From: a virus
Length of the DNA: 64,000 bases
Reading direction: 5' to 3' (one strand)
IMG/VR virus record: IMGVR_UViG_3300044653_000068
Span: 32,001-96,000 of that record
A program made the translations under genes and the position numbers. How positions within the stretch are numbered: the first letter of the stretch is position 1; each line of letters starts with the position of its first letter. The notes under the pieces were generated by a model. It was not told the DNA's origin and did not search any database. It worked only from the letters and a program-made list of their open reading frames with translations. Shown here piece by piece: positions 27,105-35,731 of the stretch.

Positions 27105-27956
27105 ATGACACGATTCCGAATGACCATCGCCGTTGTCATCGCCCTCGCGTTCGCGCTCCTCGGCCTCGTGCCGGGTGCAGCCTCGGCCTCTCCCGCCGCC
27201 CCGCACGCGCCCGCCGGATGGGGCGTGGTGTACGCGCACGACTTCGCGACTCAGGGCGCCGGGAACTGGAAGGCGGACCCCTGGTACTCGTCTGCGCCCG
27301 TACTCGAAAGCAGCCAGAACGGCCTGGGCGTGGACATCACGGCGCCCGGCCAGAAGACCTGGGTGGTCTACTCCCCGGCGAACCCGTACTTCATCGGCCC
27401 CGACGCGTTCGTCCAGGGGCTCGTGTACATCCCGGAGGCCGCGAACGGCCAGGTGGCGAACTGGCCCGCCTTCTGGACTTCCGGCGATCCCTGGCCGGAG
27501 AACGGCGAGATCGACATGCTGGAGGGCCTCGGCGGAAGCGCGTGCGTGCACACCCACTACGAGACCGCGCAGGGCGAGGCCGGCCCGTCCGGCGGCTGCG
27601 CCAGCCCCCCGCTCGGCACCGGCTGGGTGACCGTCTCCATGCTCCGCGAGAACGGCGAGGTCAAGGTCTGGTACGACAGCGCTTACATCGGCGAGGCGCC
27701 GCTGCCCACCTCCGCGCTGGAGGAGCTGATCTTCTCGGACGAGTCAGACGGGGGCGGCCCGTACGCGGCGGGAACGGCGTGGCTGCGCGATGTCACGGTC
27801 TCGGCGCCCGGCGGCACGCCAGTCGTAACGGCGGCGAAGACCCAGGTGAAAGCCGCCGTCTCGGCTCATGAGCTTCATCTCGCGCACCTCGCGCACTTGG
27901 CCCACCTGGAACATCTCGCCCACCTGCGGTACCTGGCAGAGCACGCGGCCGGGTAA
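27105..27956 (+). CDS. secreted glycoside hydrolase family 16
   Basis: signal peptide, WPAFWT..WPENGEIDMLEG (EIDxxE), C-terminal His-Leu repeat. Confidence 0.88.
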   Translation: MTRFRMTIAVVIALAFALLGLVPGAASASPAAPHAPAGWGVVYAHDFATQGAGNWKADPWYSSAPVLESSQNGLGVDITAPGQKTWVVYSPANPYFIGPDAFVQGLVYIPEAANGQVANWPAFWTSGDPWPENGEIDMLEGLGGSACVHTHYETAQGEAGPSGGCASPPLGTGWVTVSMLRENGEVKVWYDSAYIGEAPLPTSALEELIFSDESDGGGPYAAGTAWLRDVTVSAPGGTPVVTAAKTQVKAAVSAHELHLAHLAHLAHLEHLAHLRYLAEHAAG

Positions 27957-27976
27957 CTGGAACGCTGCCGGGGCCC

Positions 27977-28052
27977 GGTGGCGGGAGCCGGATTTGAACC
28001 GGCGACCTGAGCGTTATGAGCGCCCCGCGCTGCCGAACTGCGCCATCCCGCT
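27977..28052 (-). tRNA. tRNA-Met(CAT), initiator-like
   Basis: full cloverleaf, loop CT-CAT-AA, A1:C72 mismatch, TATAGT -10 at 28092-28097. Confidence 0.92.
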
Positions 28053-28092
28053 ATGTCCCTCAACCGTGCGGATTTCGCCGAGGGTGACCCCA

Positions 28093-28518
28093 CTATAACC
28101 CCCGCGCCAGGCGCTCGCGAGCGGCTTCGCGCGCTTCCTCGGCCGCCTCGGTGCGCCGGACCGCCTCCTCCACGTCGATCGGGCCAGCCGTGGTGTGAAT
28201 CCGGAGCCACTGGCGGTGGTCGAGCGTGCGGAGCGCCTGCGGCGCAGGACGCCCGTGCTCCTTGTGGTAGTCCGCCAGCGCTGACTGGAACAGATCCCAC
28301 TCGCGGTACATCCCGGGGGACAGCGCCGTCTTCGCTTTCCGCTTCTCTATCACCGCCCTCCGCTCCTCGGCCTGCTGCGCCTTGCGCGCCCGCCAGCTCG
28401 CGCCGGAGTGGTGGAGAGGGCAGTAAGGCTCGTCGTCGATCAGCCCCCAGCCCTCGCGCAGCGCGGCGTCAGAGTCGAAGCGGAACTCCAGGCAGCCGGG
28501 GTCAGCGCACTGGGGCAT
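28093..28518 (-). CDS. Zn-finger-like hypothetical protein
   Basis: CADPGC...GW...YCPLH. Confidence 0.65.
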   Translation of the reverse strand: MPQCADPGCLEFRFDSDAALREGWGLIDDEPYCPLHHSGASWRARKAQQAEERRAVIEKRKAKTALSPGMYREWDLFQSALADYHKEHGRPAPQALRTLDHRQWLRIHTTAGPIDVEEAVRRTEAAEEAREAARERLARGL

Positions 28519-28694
28519 AACTCGTACCGCCCCTCGCGTATGTCCTGCCGAGCCCGGTTACGCTCGCGACGCCGATAGTCCCGCTTGATCTCGCCGACCA
28601 CGCCGGGGCGCATCAGGTAGCAGTACCAGCGCCGGGCGAAGAACGCATCCTGCTCAGCACCGCTCAGCTTCAGCCGCCGCTTGCCCGTGCTCAC
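28440..28694 (-). CDS. basic hypothetical protein
   Basis: GTGA overlap; EQDAF...W...IKR.Y.RRER. Confidence 0.5.
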   Translation of the reverse strand: MSTGKRRLKLSGAEQDAFFARRWYCYLMRPGVVGEIKRDYRRRERNRARQDIREGRYELCPSALTPAAWSSASTLTPRCARAGG

Positions 28695-28912
28695 TTCATC
28701 ACCGGGGTGCCCTCGGGCGGCGCGTCCCAGCTCTCCCACACCACAAGCCGGTCCTCGTGCACGAACGACGGCGTGACGACAGGCGCTTCCTGCCCGGAAA
28801 GGCGCATGATGGCGTTCTCGGCCGCGCTGAGCGCCACCGCGTCGCCATCGGCCAGGGCGCGCTTGAACGCGGCCTTGGCCTCGTCCAGATCCGTCATCTC
28901 CGCCTCGCTCAC
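28691..28912 (-). CDS. hypothetical protein
   Basis: 73 aa. Confidence 0.5.
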   Translation of the reverse strand: MSEAEMTDLDEAKAAFKRALADGDAVALSAAENAIMRLSGQEAPVVTPSFVHEDRLVVWESWDAPPEGTPVMK

Positions 28913-29001
28913 AATCTGATCCTAGCAACTGCCCGAAACCGGCCCGAAGCCCGGCTAAGTCCCGAAAATCGCGGAAAAACCGCGCGAAAGCGCCTGAAAC
29001 T

Positions 29002-29814
29002 TCACGAATGCGCTGCGTGCTCTGTGACACCTGAAGCGGCCCACCAGGGCTCCGGCGGCGTCAACCCGCGCCTCGTGTAATAGTGCTGCTGCATCCGATG
29101 TCGGTTCGCGTGGGTCGCGCAGTCAGAGCAGAACTTAGCTCCACCGTGCGTCAGCACCGCATCACAACCTTCACAAGCGCAGATTTTGACCGGCCGGGGC
29201 GGTTTCGGGGCCTTCACCGGCCGCTTTTTACTCGGAAGCACCGAAATCTGCTCCGGCGCGAGCAAAAGCTCCGGATGCGCGTTCATGAACGCGATTTCCT
29301 CCGAAGTCATGCGATTTCCGCGCTGAACGTTGCAAATCTGATGCGCGGCGCGCTTGTTGGCCGAAACGTCGATTCCGCCGAGACTGAGCGGGATAATGTG
29401 ATCCACATTCGGCGCCAGCTCGTTGGTTTTGGGCGCTTCGGGGTCGATCGGCATGCCGGCGGCCTTGCACCACGAGCCGAGCTGGCACATTCCGCCCGCA
29501 CGCTCGTAAATCTCCCTGTCAGGCACACCGTCCCAGGTCTTGATCTTGTTCAGCTTCCGAGCCCGCGAACTGGCCTTCCTCGCCGCAGCCTTGTCATACG
29601 CAGGCAGTGAATCCAGGTAGCACTGCTTCGAGCAGAACTTTGGCTCGCGCCCACTATGCCGGTCCCCCCCGTCAAACTGCTTCCCGCACTGAAGGCAGAG
29701 ATACTGGCGAAGATGACGACGACAGCGCCCGCACGTCGGACTTTCTCTGCTCCCCCCTTTAGGATTCCAGTTTGCGGGTTTTCCGCAGATAGAACAGGGT
29801 CTGTATCTCGGCAT
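29002..29814 (-). CDS. HNH endonuclease with multiple Zn fingers
   Basis: VDHIIPLSLGG...NKRAAHQICN..RG; KFCS..C motifs; leaderless TAGGCT-N6-ATG. Confidence 0.9.
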   Translation of the reverse strand: MPRYRPCSICGKPANWNPKGGSRESPTCGRCRRHLRQYLCLQCGKQFDGGDRHSGREPKFCSKQCYLDSLPAYDKAAARKASSRARKLNKIKTWDGVPDREIYERAGGMCQLGSWCKAAGMPIDPEAPKTNELAPNVDHIIPLSLGGIDVSANKRAAHQICNVQRGNRMTSEEIAFMNAHPELLLAPEQISVLPSKKRPVKAPKPPRPVKICACEGCDAVLTHGGAKFCSDCATHANRHRMQQHYYTRRGLTPPEPWWAASGVTEHAAHS

Positions 29815-30102
29815 GCGCGCAGCCTACCTGCTTCTCTCCCGCCTAACAACTGGAGAAACCTCCTCCGCTACCGCAAAGTTCAGTAACCGAACTTAATTTT
29901 GTATTTTGCCTGGTCAGCAGCGTGGACTCACTTCGCGAAATCGAAAAAACAGGCGAGTGACCGGCTTAGGTCGCGGGGTTTTTCGAGCTGGTTGGGGATT
30001 TCGGTCAGCAGATCGTCCCCGGTCAAATTTCGCTAAAAAACTCATTCGAATTATAGGCGCATATAATTTTTCGAATTCTTTAATGGTAGCTGACACTGGG
30101 GG

Positions 30103-30192
30103 TAATGATTATGCTAAGTGCAATGATTGCAATGAGTATAATGATTGCAATGGTGGATGGGTGCAATGCGTATAATGATTGCAATCATTGCA
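30103..30192. repeat. AT-rich AATGATTGCAAT repeats with a 16-bp palindrome
   Basis: AATGATTGCAAT x3; palindrome AATGATTGCAATCATT at 30174-30189. Confidence 0.85.
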
Positions 30193-30243
30193 CTAGACAC
30201 ACTCATACAACTAGTTGTGTGCAGCCAGCGCACACTGACATGT

Positions 30244-30331
30244 GTCAGTGACAGTGGTCAGTGACACGTGTCAGTGACAGTGGTCAGTGAATACAGATTC
30301 AATGACTCGCGTCAGTGACAGTGGTCAGTGA
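30244..30331. repeat. 21-bp direct repeat x3
   Basis: GTCAGTGACAGTGGTCAGTGA at 30244, 30270 and 30311. Confidence 0.9.
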
Positions 30332-31159
30332 CACTCGTCAGTGTGGCAGTAGTCAGGCAGTAGCACACAGTTAGTTGCACGTGCACACAGCTGGTAATAC
30401 CACACTGCATTGGTAGGTTGCCTGATTACACCGTTGCACTGCTGGTCACAGCAACGCTTCGAATTAGCTTTGTAGCAACGGCAGAATACGATTGGTCTAG
30501 CAAGCACGCTAACGAATTAGGCCTCTGACCAGCACGAACACCGAAACGGACATTTGGGCGAAAATCCCCGCCAGGATTCCCGCGATAGACAACCGCTTGG
30601 AAGGCCTTGCACCCGTCAGATTGGCTGTTTGACGCCTTAGACGCGTTTCCGCTGGTCAGACACCGAATTCGCTGGTCGAAATGAACCGTTTAATTCCGCT
30701 TTGTCACCGAATGCCCGAATCTCCGAGCCGGCGCTATATGACTAGTCATGCTGTGACCGGTCACATAGCCGTTCTGCGACCCGAATAGCCGCTAGCTGAC
30801 AAACGTGTCCTGGCAGGCCGGTAAAGCCTGCCTAGCGGGCTGTGAAGTGGCTTCACGCGGCATTCCGAGTCTTGCCTCTCACGCGCGTACGCGTACGCGT
30901 ACGCGCATCGCGCGCCGCGCCCGGCCGGACTGTGAAGTCAGTAAACGGACATTCGGTGCACCAATAGGACAAACTACCCCAGTTTCATGAAATTTTATCA
31001 TGACATTTCACGATATGTCCCGTTTTGTCCTCTCGAATAAGATTCGCACATGCCCGGAATGCCCGAAATGCCCGAATCCGGAAAATGCCTGTGACCTGCA
31101 CCGTTACCTAGCCGTTATTCTAATTAAGCCTCTGACCTTGAGTCTGACAGGATGCACCT

Positions 31160-32345
31160 AGTTGTTCGTCCGCCCGGTCCCCCGGGAAGCTTCCGGGGAT
31201 ATCACAGCCCGCTTAGGCGGGTGGGGGCATGCGGTCCGCGCTTTGGCGGATGAACGGGCAACCGACAACCTAGCTCGCGATAGATGCGGTCGGCTGAACG
31301 GGTTTGCGCCTAGGCGCAATGCTTCCCCTAGTAGGCCGGCGCGTGAGCGGCAATAACCCCTAGGGACGCCCTTAGGGCACTACCGCGCGAGATAACTACA
31401 TGCACACGCACACGGGAAACGATGGCCGTATGGCCAAAGAGTCGCGCGTGAGTCACCGATACCGGATTGGCCTGCCTAGGTTGGCTGCAAGTCTCGTCAC
31501 GGTTCAAATCGGCTTTGTGCGCAGTGCCTTTACCAAGGTGCAAACTCTGTGTTCTGAAGATGGTTTTTCAGATCACGGGAACGTGAGTCAATTGGTATCG
31601 GCCGACCAAACCAGTGATCACGGTTGCTGACACGGTGCGCATGGCACGCGTTAGGGATACGGCTTTAGCCAAAGGTTCCCAGTATGAGGTTTCGTGCATG
31701 GGGTTCCTGTCAGCCATCGATGGAAACATGGCAGGGGTACGCGGTTACCGACATCCGCCTATGGCTTATCTGAGCTGGATTCACGCCACGGTCACGGGAC
31801 ACGATGCGCATTGATGCGCGGGAAACGTCCTAGCGACAGTCAGCTTTGCAACTGACATGGTGCAGAAATTCCGGGATAGCTAGCAATCGATCGGCCGCCC
31901 AATAAGCGGTCAAGCTTTACCTGTTTTACCGCTAGGAAACCCGAACCCGGAGAAATCACTAGCTAATAGCACTCCGGCAACGACCTAGCGCGTTTAACCT
32001 CCGGTCACGGTCGCAAGCGCATATAGCGGCGCTTAGGCAGGCTATGTAAATCCGGAGTTATCCAAACGTGTTTTACCGCAGTACGGTTGCCAACGGTTGC
32101 CGCGCTTAACAATCGCTTAATGTTCAGGTCCGCTCAATGGCCGGCGCTAACGCGTTCGGTTGCATTGCGCTTAACTGTTCATATGCCTAGCGGTTGTGCG
32201 CCTAGCGCGGTACCCGTTGGCGTTCCGTATCGCACGGTGCACGCTATGACGGACACGAATTAGATGTGTTGCGGTAACGCTCTGTTGCGCTATGCCAATC
32301 TATCTAATCTGAAATACAACCGATCATCGTGCACCGTGCGAACCA
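31160..32345 (+). ncRNA. candidate large structured non-coding RNA (about 1.2 kb)
   Basis: no credible ORF; nested long helices with G-U pairs; GNRA and YUAG loops. Confidence 0.65.
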
Positions 32346-32371
32346 CGTAACTCTAGTGAAAGGGGTTGGCC

Positions 32372-32623
32372 ATGCGCCTAAAGCGTGGTACCACGCGCGC
32401 AGATATCAAACGCGCGGCATTGCCCTACGGTGGCCGGGTAACCGATGCTGCCCACATTACAGCGCCGCTACACAGCAATGCGCCTACCCATAATCCGGGT
32501 AACGCGCTTGCCTCTATCCGCGCGGCCGCCGGCATGGGGTCACAGAACACTAATCGCCAGTTGAAGAATGGCGGTATTTCCAGCTACTACCGGACACGAC
32601 AGGGTAAGGGGTACGGACTGTAA
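32372..32623 (+). CDS. basic early hypothetical protein
   Basis: GAAAGGGG RBS. Confidence 0.55.
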   Translation: MRLKRGTTRADIKRAALPYGGRVTDAAHITAPLHSNAPTHNPGNALASIRAAAGMGSQNTNRQLKNGGISSYYRTRQGKGYGL

Positions 32624-32744
32624 TGCGATCACTCATCCGTCGGCTTATGCACGGCAACGGCAATCACGTGCGCGTCCATGGCAGGCACGCGCGAGTCAAG
32701 TTCTAACATCCCGGCAACCGATCACCTCACCCCAGGAGATTCCA

Positions 32745-32993
32745 GTGGTCACAGCAACGGCAAACACAGTCACGCACCCCAACTGTGACGCGCGTGATGC
32801 CGCCGGCGTCATTCTCGCCAACGTCAAGAACGCCGCACTACCGGACGTGCTCAAGTCCCTCGCGCGTGCCGAGAAATTCGGCTGTTGGCCGATCGGCCGT
32901 GCGCAGGTCACGCACACGGGATACGTCCGCAACGCCGTGCACTACGACGCGAGCACGGCTATCTACCGCGTCACGCTAGGCCGGTTGGTCTAG
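32745..32993 (+). CDS. hypothetical protein
   Basis: AGGAG RBS, GTG start. Confidence 0.55.
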   Translation: MVTATANTVTHPNCDARDAAGVILANVKNAALPDVLKSLARAEKFGCWPIGRAQVTHTGYVRNAVHYDASTAIYRVTLGRLV

Positions 32994-33130
32994 ATGCTCA
33001 TTCACATCTTCATCGCAGCTATAGGCGTTGTCATGCTCATGACGTGGGGCCTAGGCATCCTGGCACATCGGCGGGGCGGCCTGTTCCGCATCCAATACGG
33101 CTCCAGCTTCCATAAGGGGTACACGCACCG

Positions 33131-33343
33131 ATGACAACCTACCTAACCGCAGTGCCCGCCTACGGGCGCGACTACACGTCCAAAGCCGCCGTACTGGCAG
33201 ACTGGAACGCCGGTAAGGACTTCCGGATTCAGGACATGTCATCGCCCGATAACGGGCGCGTGCTCAACAAAGCGGATAAGCCGGCGGACGTCACGCTGAA
33301 TATCCGCTACAAGCGACTGACAATGGTTGCCGTCATCAAGTAG
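33131..33343 (+). CDS. conserved small phage protein
   Basis: PAYGRDY.SK..V..DW..GKDF motif, AAGGGG RBS. Confidence 0.75.
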   Translation: MTTYLTAVPAYGRDYTSKAAVLADWNAGKDFRIQDMSSPDNGRVLNKADKPADVTLNIRYKRLTMVAVIK

Positions 33344-33350
33344 GTACGCC

Positions 33351-33392
33351 GACCGCATGGCGCGGGCCGTTCGCGGTTCGTGGCCACGGGTC
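33351..33392 (+). repeat. conserved intergenic hairpin, copy 1
   Basis: GCATGGYGCGGRCCGTTCGCGGTYCGTSGCCACG; copy 2 at 37167-37205. Confidence 0.75.
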
Positions 33393-33423
33393 TACGTCCC
33401 AACCGACTAGGGAGACACGCGCA

Positions 33424-33732
33424 ATGAACGGCCAGATTCTCATGGAAGATGACATGACGTCGCAGGAATTGCTGGTGTCGGCCAGCATCGCGCGTGACCG
33501 GCGGCCGTTGCCGGCCAAATCGCGATGCACAGCCCACCTGCTCATCCCGGGTGACGTCGTGGCGATCTACGCGGGCGACCGCTACGACCATGCCGCGACC
33601 GTGGAACGCGCGGTTGACGTGTACGCGTTCACGCCGCCCGGTCACGTCACGCTATGGACTACCAGCGGGCGCTACGACGTGCCTAGCGACGCGCGGCTAG
33701 ACGTCATGGCGTGGGCACCGTTGGCGCGATGA
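33424..33732 (+). CDS. hypothetical protein
   Basis: GGGAGAC RBS. Confidence 0.55.
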   Translation: MNGQILMEDDMTSQELLVSASIARDRRPLPAKSRCTAHLLIPGDVVAIYAGDRYDHAATVERAVDVYAFTPPGHVTLWTTSGRYDVPSDARLDVMAWAPLAR

Positions 33733-33823
33733 TCCGGCGCTTGATAGACCGCGCGCAATTCGCGCTGCTGGCACTCCGCATGCAGCTACAGGCAAGACAC
33801 GAACTAGAACGGGAGACGAAACC

Positions 33824-34048
33824 ATGACCGCATTCCGCGCTGGCAACGGCAAATTCGTGAGCAAGGGCAACCCGATCGCCGTCATCGGCATGATGCAGGC
33901 CCGCAAGGACGCGACCGACCGCGCGAACGCGCTGGAAGCGCAACGCGCAAGGCGATCGGCCAACCTGCGCGCCCACGGCGTGAAGCCCTACAACGGGCCG
34001 CGCACACGGGCGGAGCTAGCCGCCGGCGTGGCGCTCGGAGAACTGTAG
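33824..34048 (+). CDS. hypothetical protein
   Basis: GGGAGAC RBS. Confidence 0.6.
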   Translation: MTAFRAGNGKFVSKGNPIAVIGMMQARKDATDRANALEAQRARRSANLRAHGVKPYNGPRTRAELAAGVALGEL

Positions 34049-34221
34049 GGCATGCGCCGGCTACTGGCCGCACTGGTCATCGCGGTAACCCTCGCGACCG
34101 GGGCGGGATGCGCGAGCATTCACCCGCAAGTCATACGCGCCAAAGTCACGTGCTACGCGCCCAACCCGGACGCCGGCGCGTGCCACGGGAACATCTACGT
34201 ACCGAGTTAGGGAGACACGAA

Positions 34222-34390
34222 CATGACCGACGCGCAACGGGAAGCGCTAACCGCGCTTTGCGAGAGGTATCACGTACCGTTCAGTGAAGATGACTTCCAT
34301 CACCCGTTCGACCTTCCGCCCGGGTACGTGGCGGGGCAGGTCGGGCCGATCTACGTGGGATGCGCCCCAGACGGCCGGATTAGCTCGTGA
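34222..34390 (+). CDS. small conserved phage protein
   Basis: hand translation MTDAQREALTALCERYHVPF...IYVGCAPDGRISS; GGGAGAC RBS; not in ORF track. Confidence 0.6.
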
Positions 34391-34651
34391 TCCTCGCCGG
34401 CGTGCTGGTCCTCGTAGGAATAGCGGTTACCGTCTACCAAGACACAACACAGCGCTAAAGGCGCAACTGAGAGGCGGCCACCGTGAGCTACTGCCACCAT
34501 TGCGGGCATCACGCGGAACTACACGGCGGTCCGTACTGCGCATGGTGCGCGCAATTCTTCTACACTCACGGGCGCATGCCGAAGCCGGGCGACTACCCGC
34601 CGGAAACAGCGCTAGCGCGCGTGTACGCAGCGATGGGATGGGACGTGACGA

Positions 34652-34963
34652 ATGTCCGCGATATCTGACGTGCTCAACAGCGAGCATTACGCCGCATGGG
34701 TGGACGCGAACGATCCGGAGAATGCCCTCCGGACATGGCCGCGCGTGACGTTGCAGGCAAACAACACAGCCGGCCGTCACGGGCCTAACCGTCGCGGGCG
34801 CGCGGCTGCAATCAATGCGCTTAAGCGCGCTATCGAACGGCTGCCATTGAACGGGAAGCCAGATAAGCCCTATGTGCGGCTGGTCCTGGAATCCAAAAGC
34901 TACAGCGAAACTCACGGCTTCACGCACGCGAGTTACTTCACATACCGCATAGAACGGGACTAG
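34652..34963 (+). CDS. hypothetical protein
   Basis: 103 aa, operonic. Confidence 0.55.
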   Translation: MSAISDVLNSEHYAAWVDANDPENALRTWPRVTLQANNTAGRHGPNRRGRAAAINALKRAIERLPLNGKPDKPYVRLVLESKSYSETHGFTHASYFTYRIERD

Positions 34964-35407
34964 CCATGCCGCTACTCATGAGGACCTATCCCGGTCCCCC
35001 GTTCCGGCCGTCAAAACATCTCGCGGATGTGCGTGAGCGCGCGTGGAATGCGGCGAACCTGCTTAACGCGCTGCTTGCCCTGGGTTACCCGGGTATTGAA
35101 GCGGCGCATCTCGCACAAGAGTCGAGCTACGTCGGCAACCCGCCGACCCGACACGGAAGGCACTAGAGAGGCAATCATGGACAAAGCGGAACTTGACCAC
35201 CTGGCCGACGTCATCGAACGCGTGTCAGAGGAAATGCGCGGCGACGCGCCGCCGACCGAACCGCCATGCGGGTACGTGAACCGCGCCGGCGACGTGACGA
35301 ACTGCAAACCGGATCACGACACGGCCGAGGACATCCGCGCCCGCATGCAGGCAACCGGCGGATACGTTCGGCCAGCATGATCAGCGACCTTGCGGCGTGG
35401 GCTGAAC

Positions 35408-35731
35408 ATGACGGAAGACACTAAGAAGCGCGGTGTGCTGGGCGGCATCGAGCCGGACCCGGACAAGGGGAAGCCGTACAGGCACACCCGGCGCAAGTGC
35501 CTCCTGATGATGGAGGGAATGAACGGCGGCAAGCACGGGGCCGCGCTGAAACTTCTCATCGAGAAGAGGCCCGAGGACGTGCTGGACGCGCTGATCGCGG
35601 TATCAGACGAACTAAAAAGGGAAGATCCCGATTTCGCCACGCCGGAGGATTACCCGCAATCACTGCCGGAACCAGTGGGCCTGAACTGGCACGGGAGCGA
35701 CTACCGAAACAGAGGCAGGGCAAGCGCATGA
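35408..35731 (+). CDS. duplicated gene, copy A (with an unrelated C-terminal tail)
   Basis: 200 bp identical to 50575-50774. Confidence 0.55.
   Translation: MTEDTKKRGVLGGIEPDPDKGKPYRHTRRKCLLMMEGMNGGKHGAALKLLIEKRPEDVLDALIAVSDELKREDPDFATPEDYPQSLPEPVGLNWHGSDYRNRGRASA

Noticed and set aside
26838-28052. tRNA genes as a prophage attachment boundary
   Set aside because: Phage genes continue on both sides; no integrase and no duplicated tRNA 3' end
30244-30331. CRISPR-like mini array
   Set aside because: Spacers are 5 and 20 bp, the repeat is internally tandem, and there are no cas genes
31160-32345. Group I/II intron, RNase P RNA or tmRNA
   Set aside because: No P7 or domain V consensus, no GAGGAAAGUCC, no tRNA-like ends or tag ORF, and no interrupted gene; the short ORFs here lack RBS and codon bias
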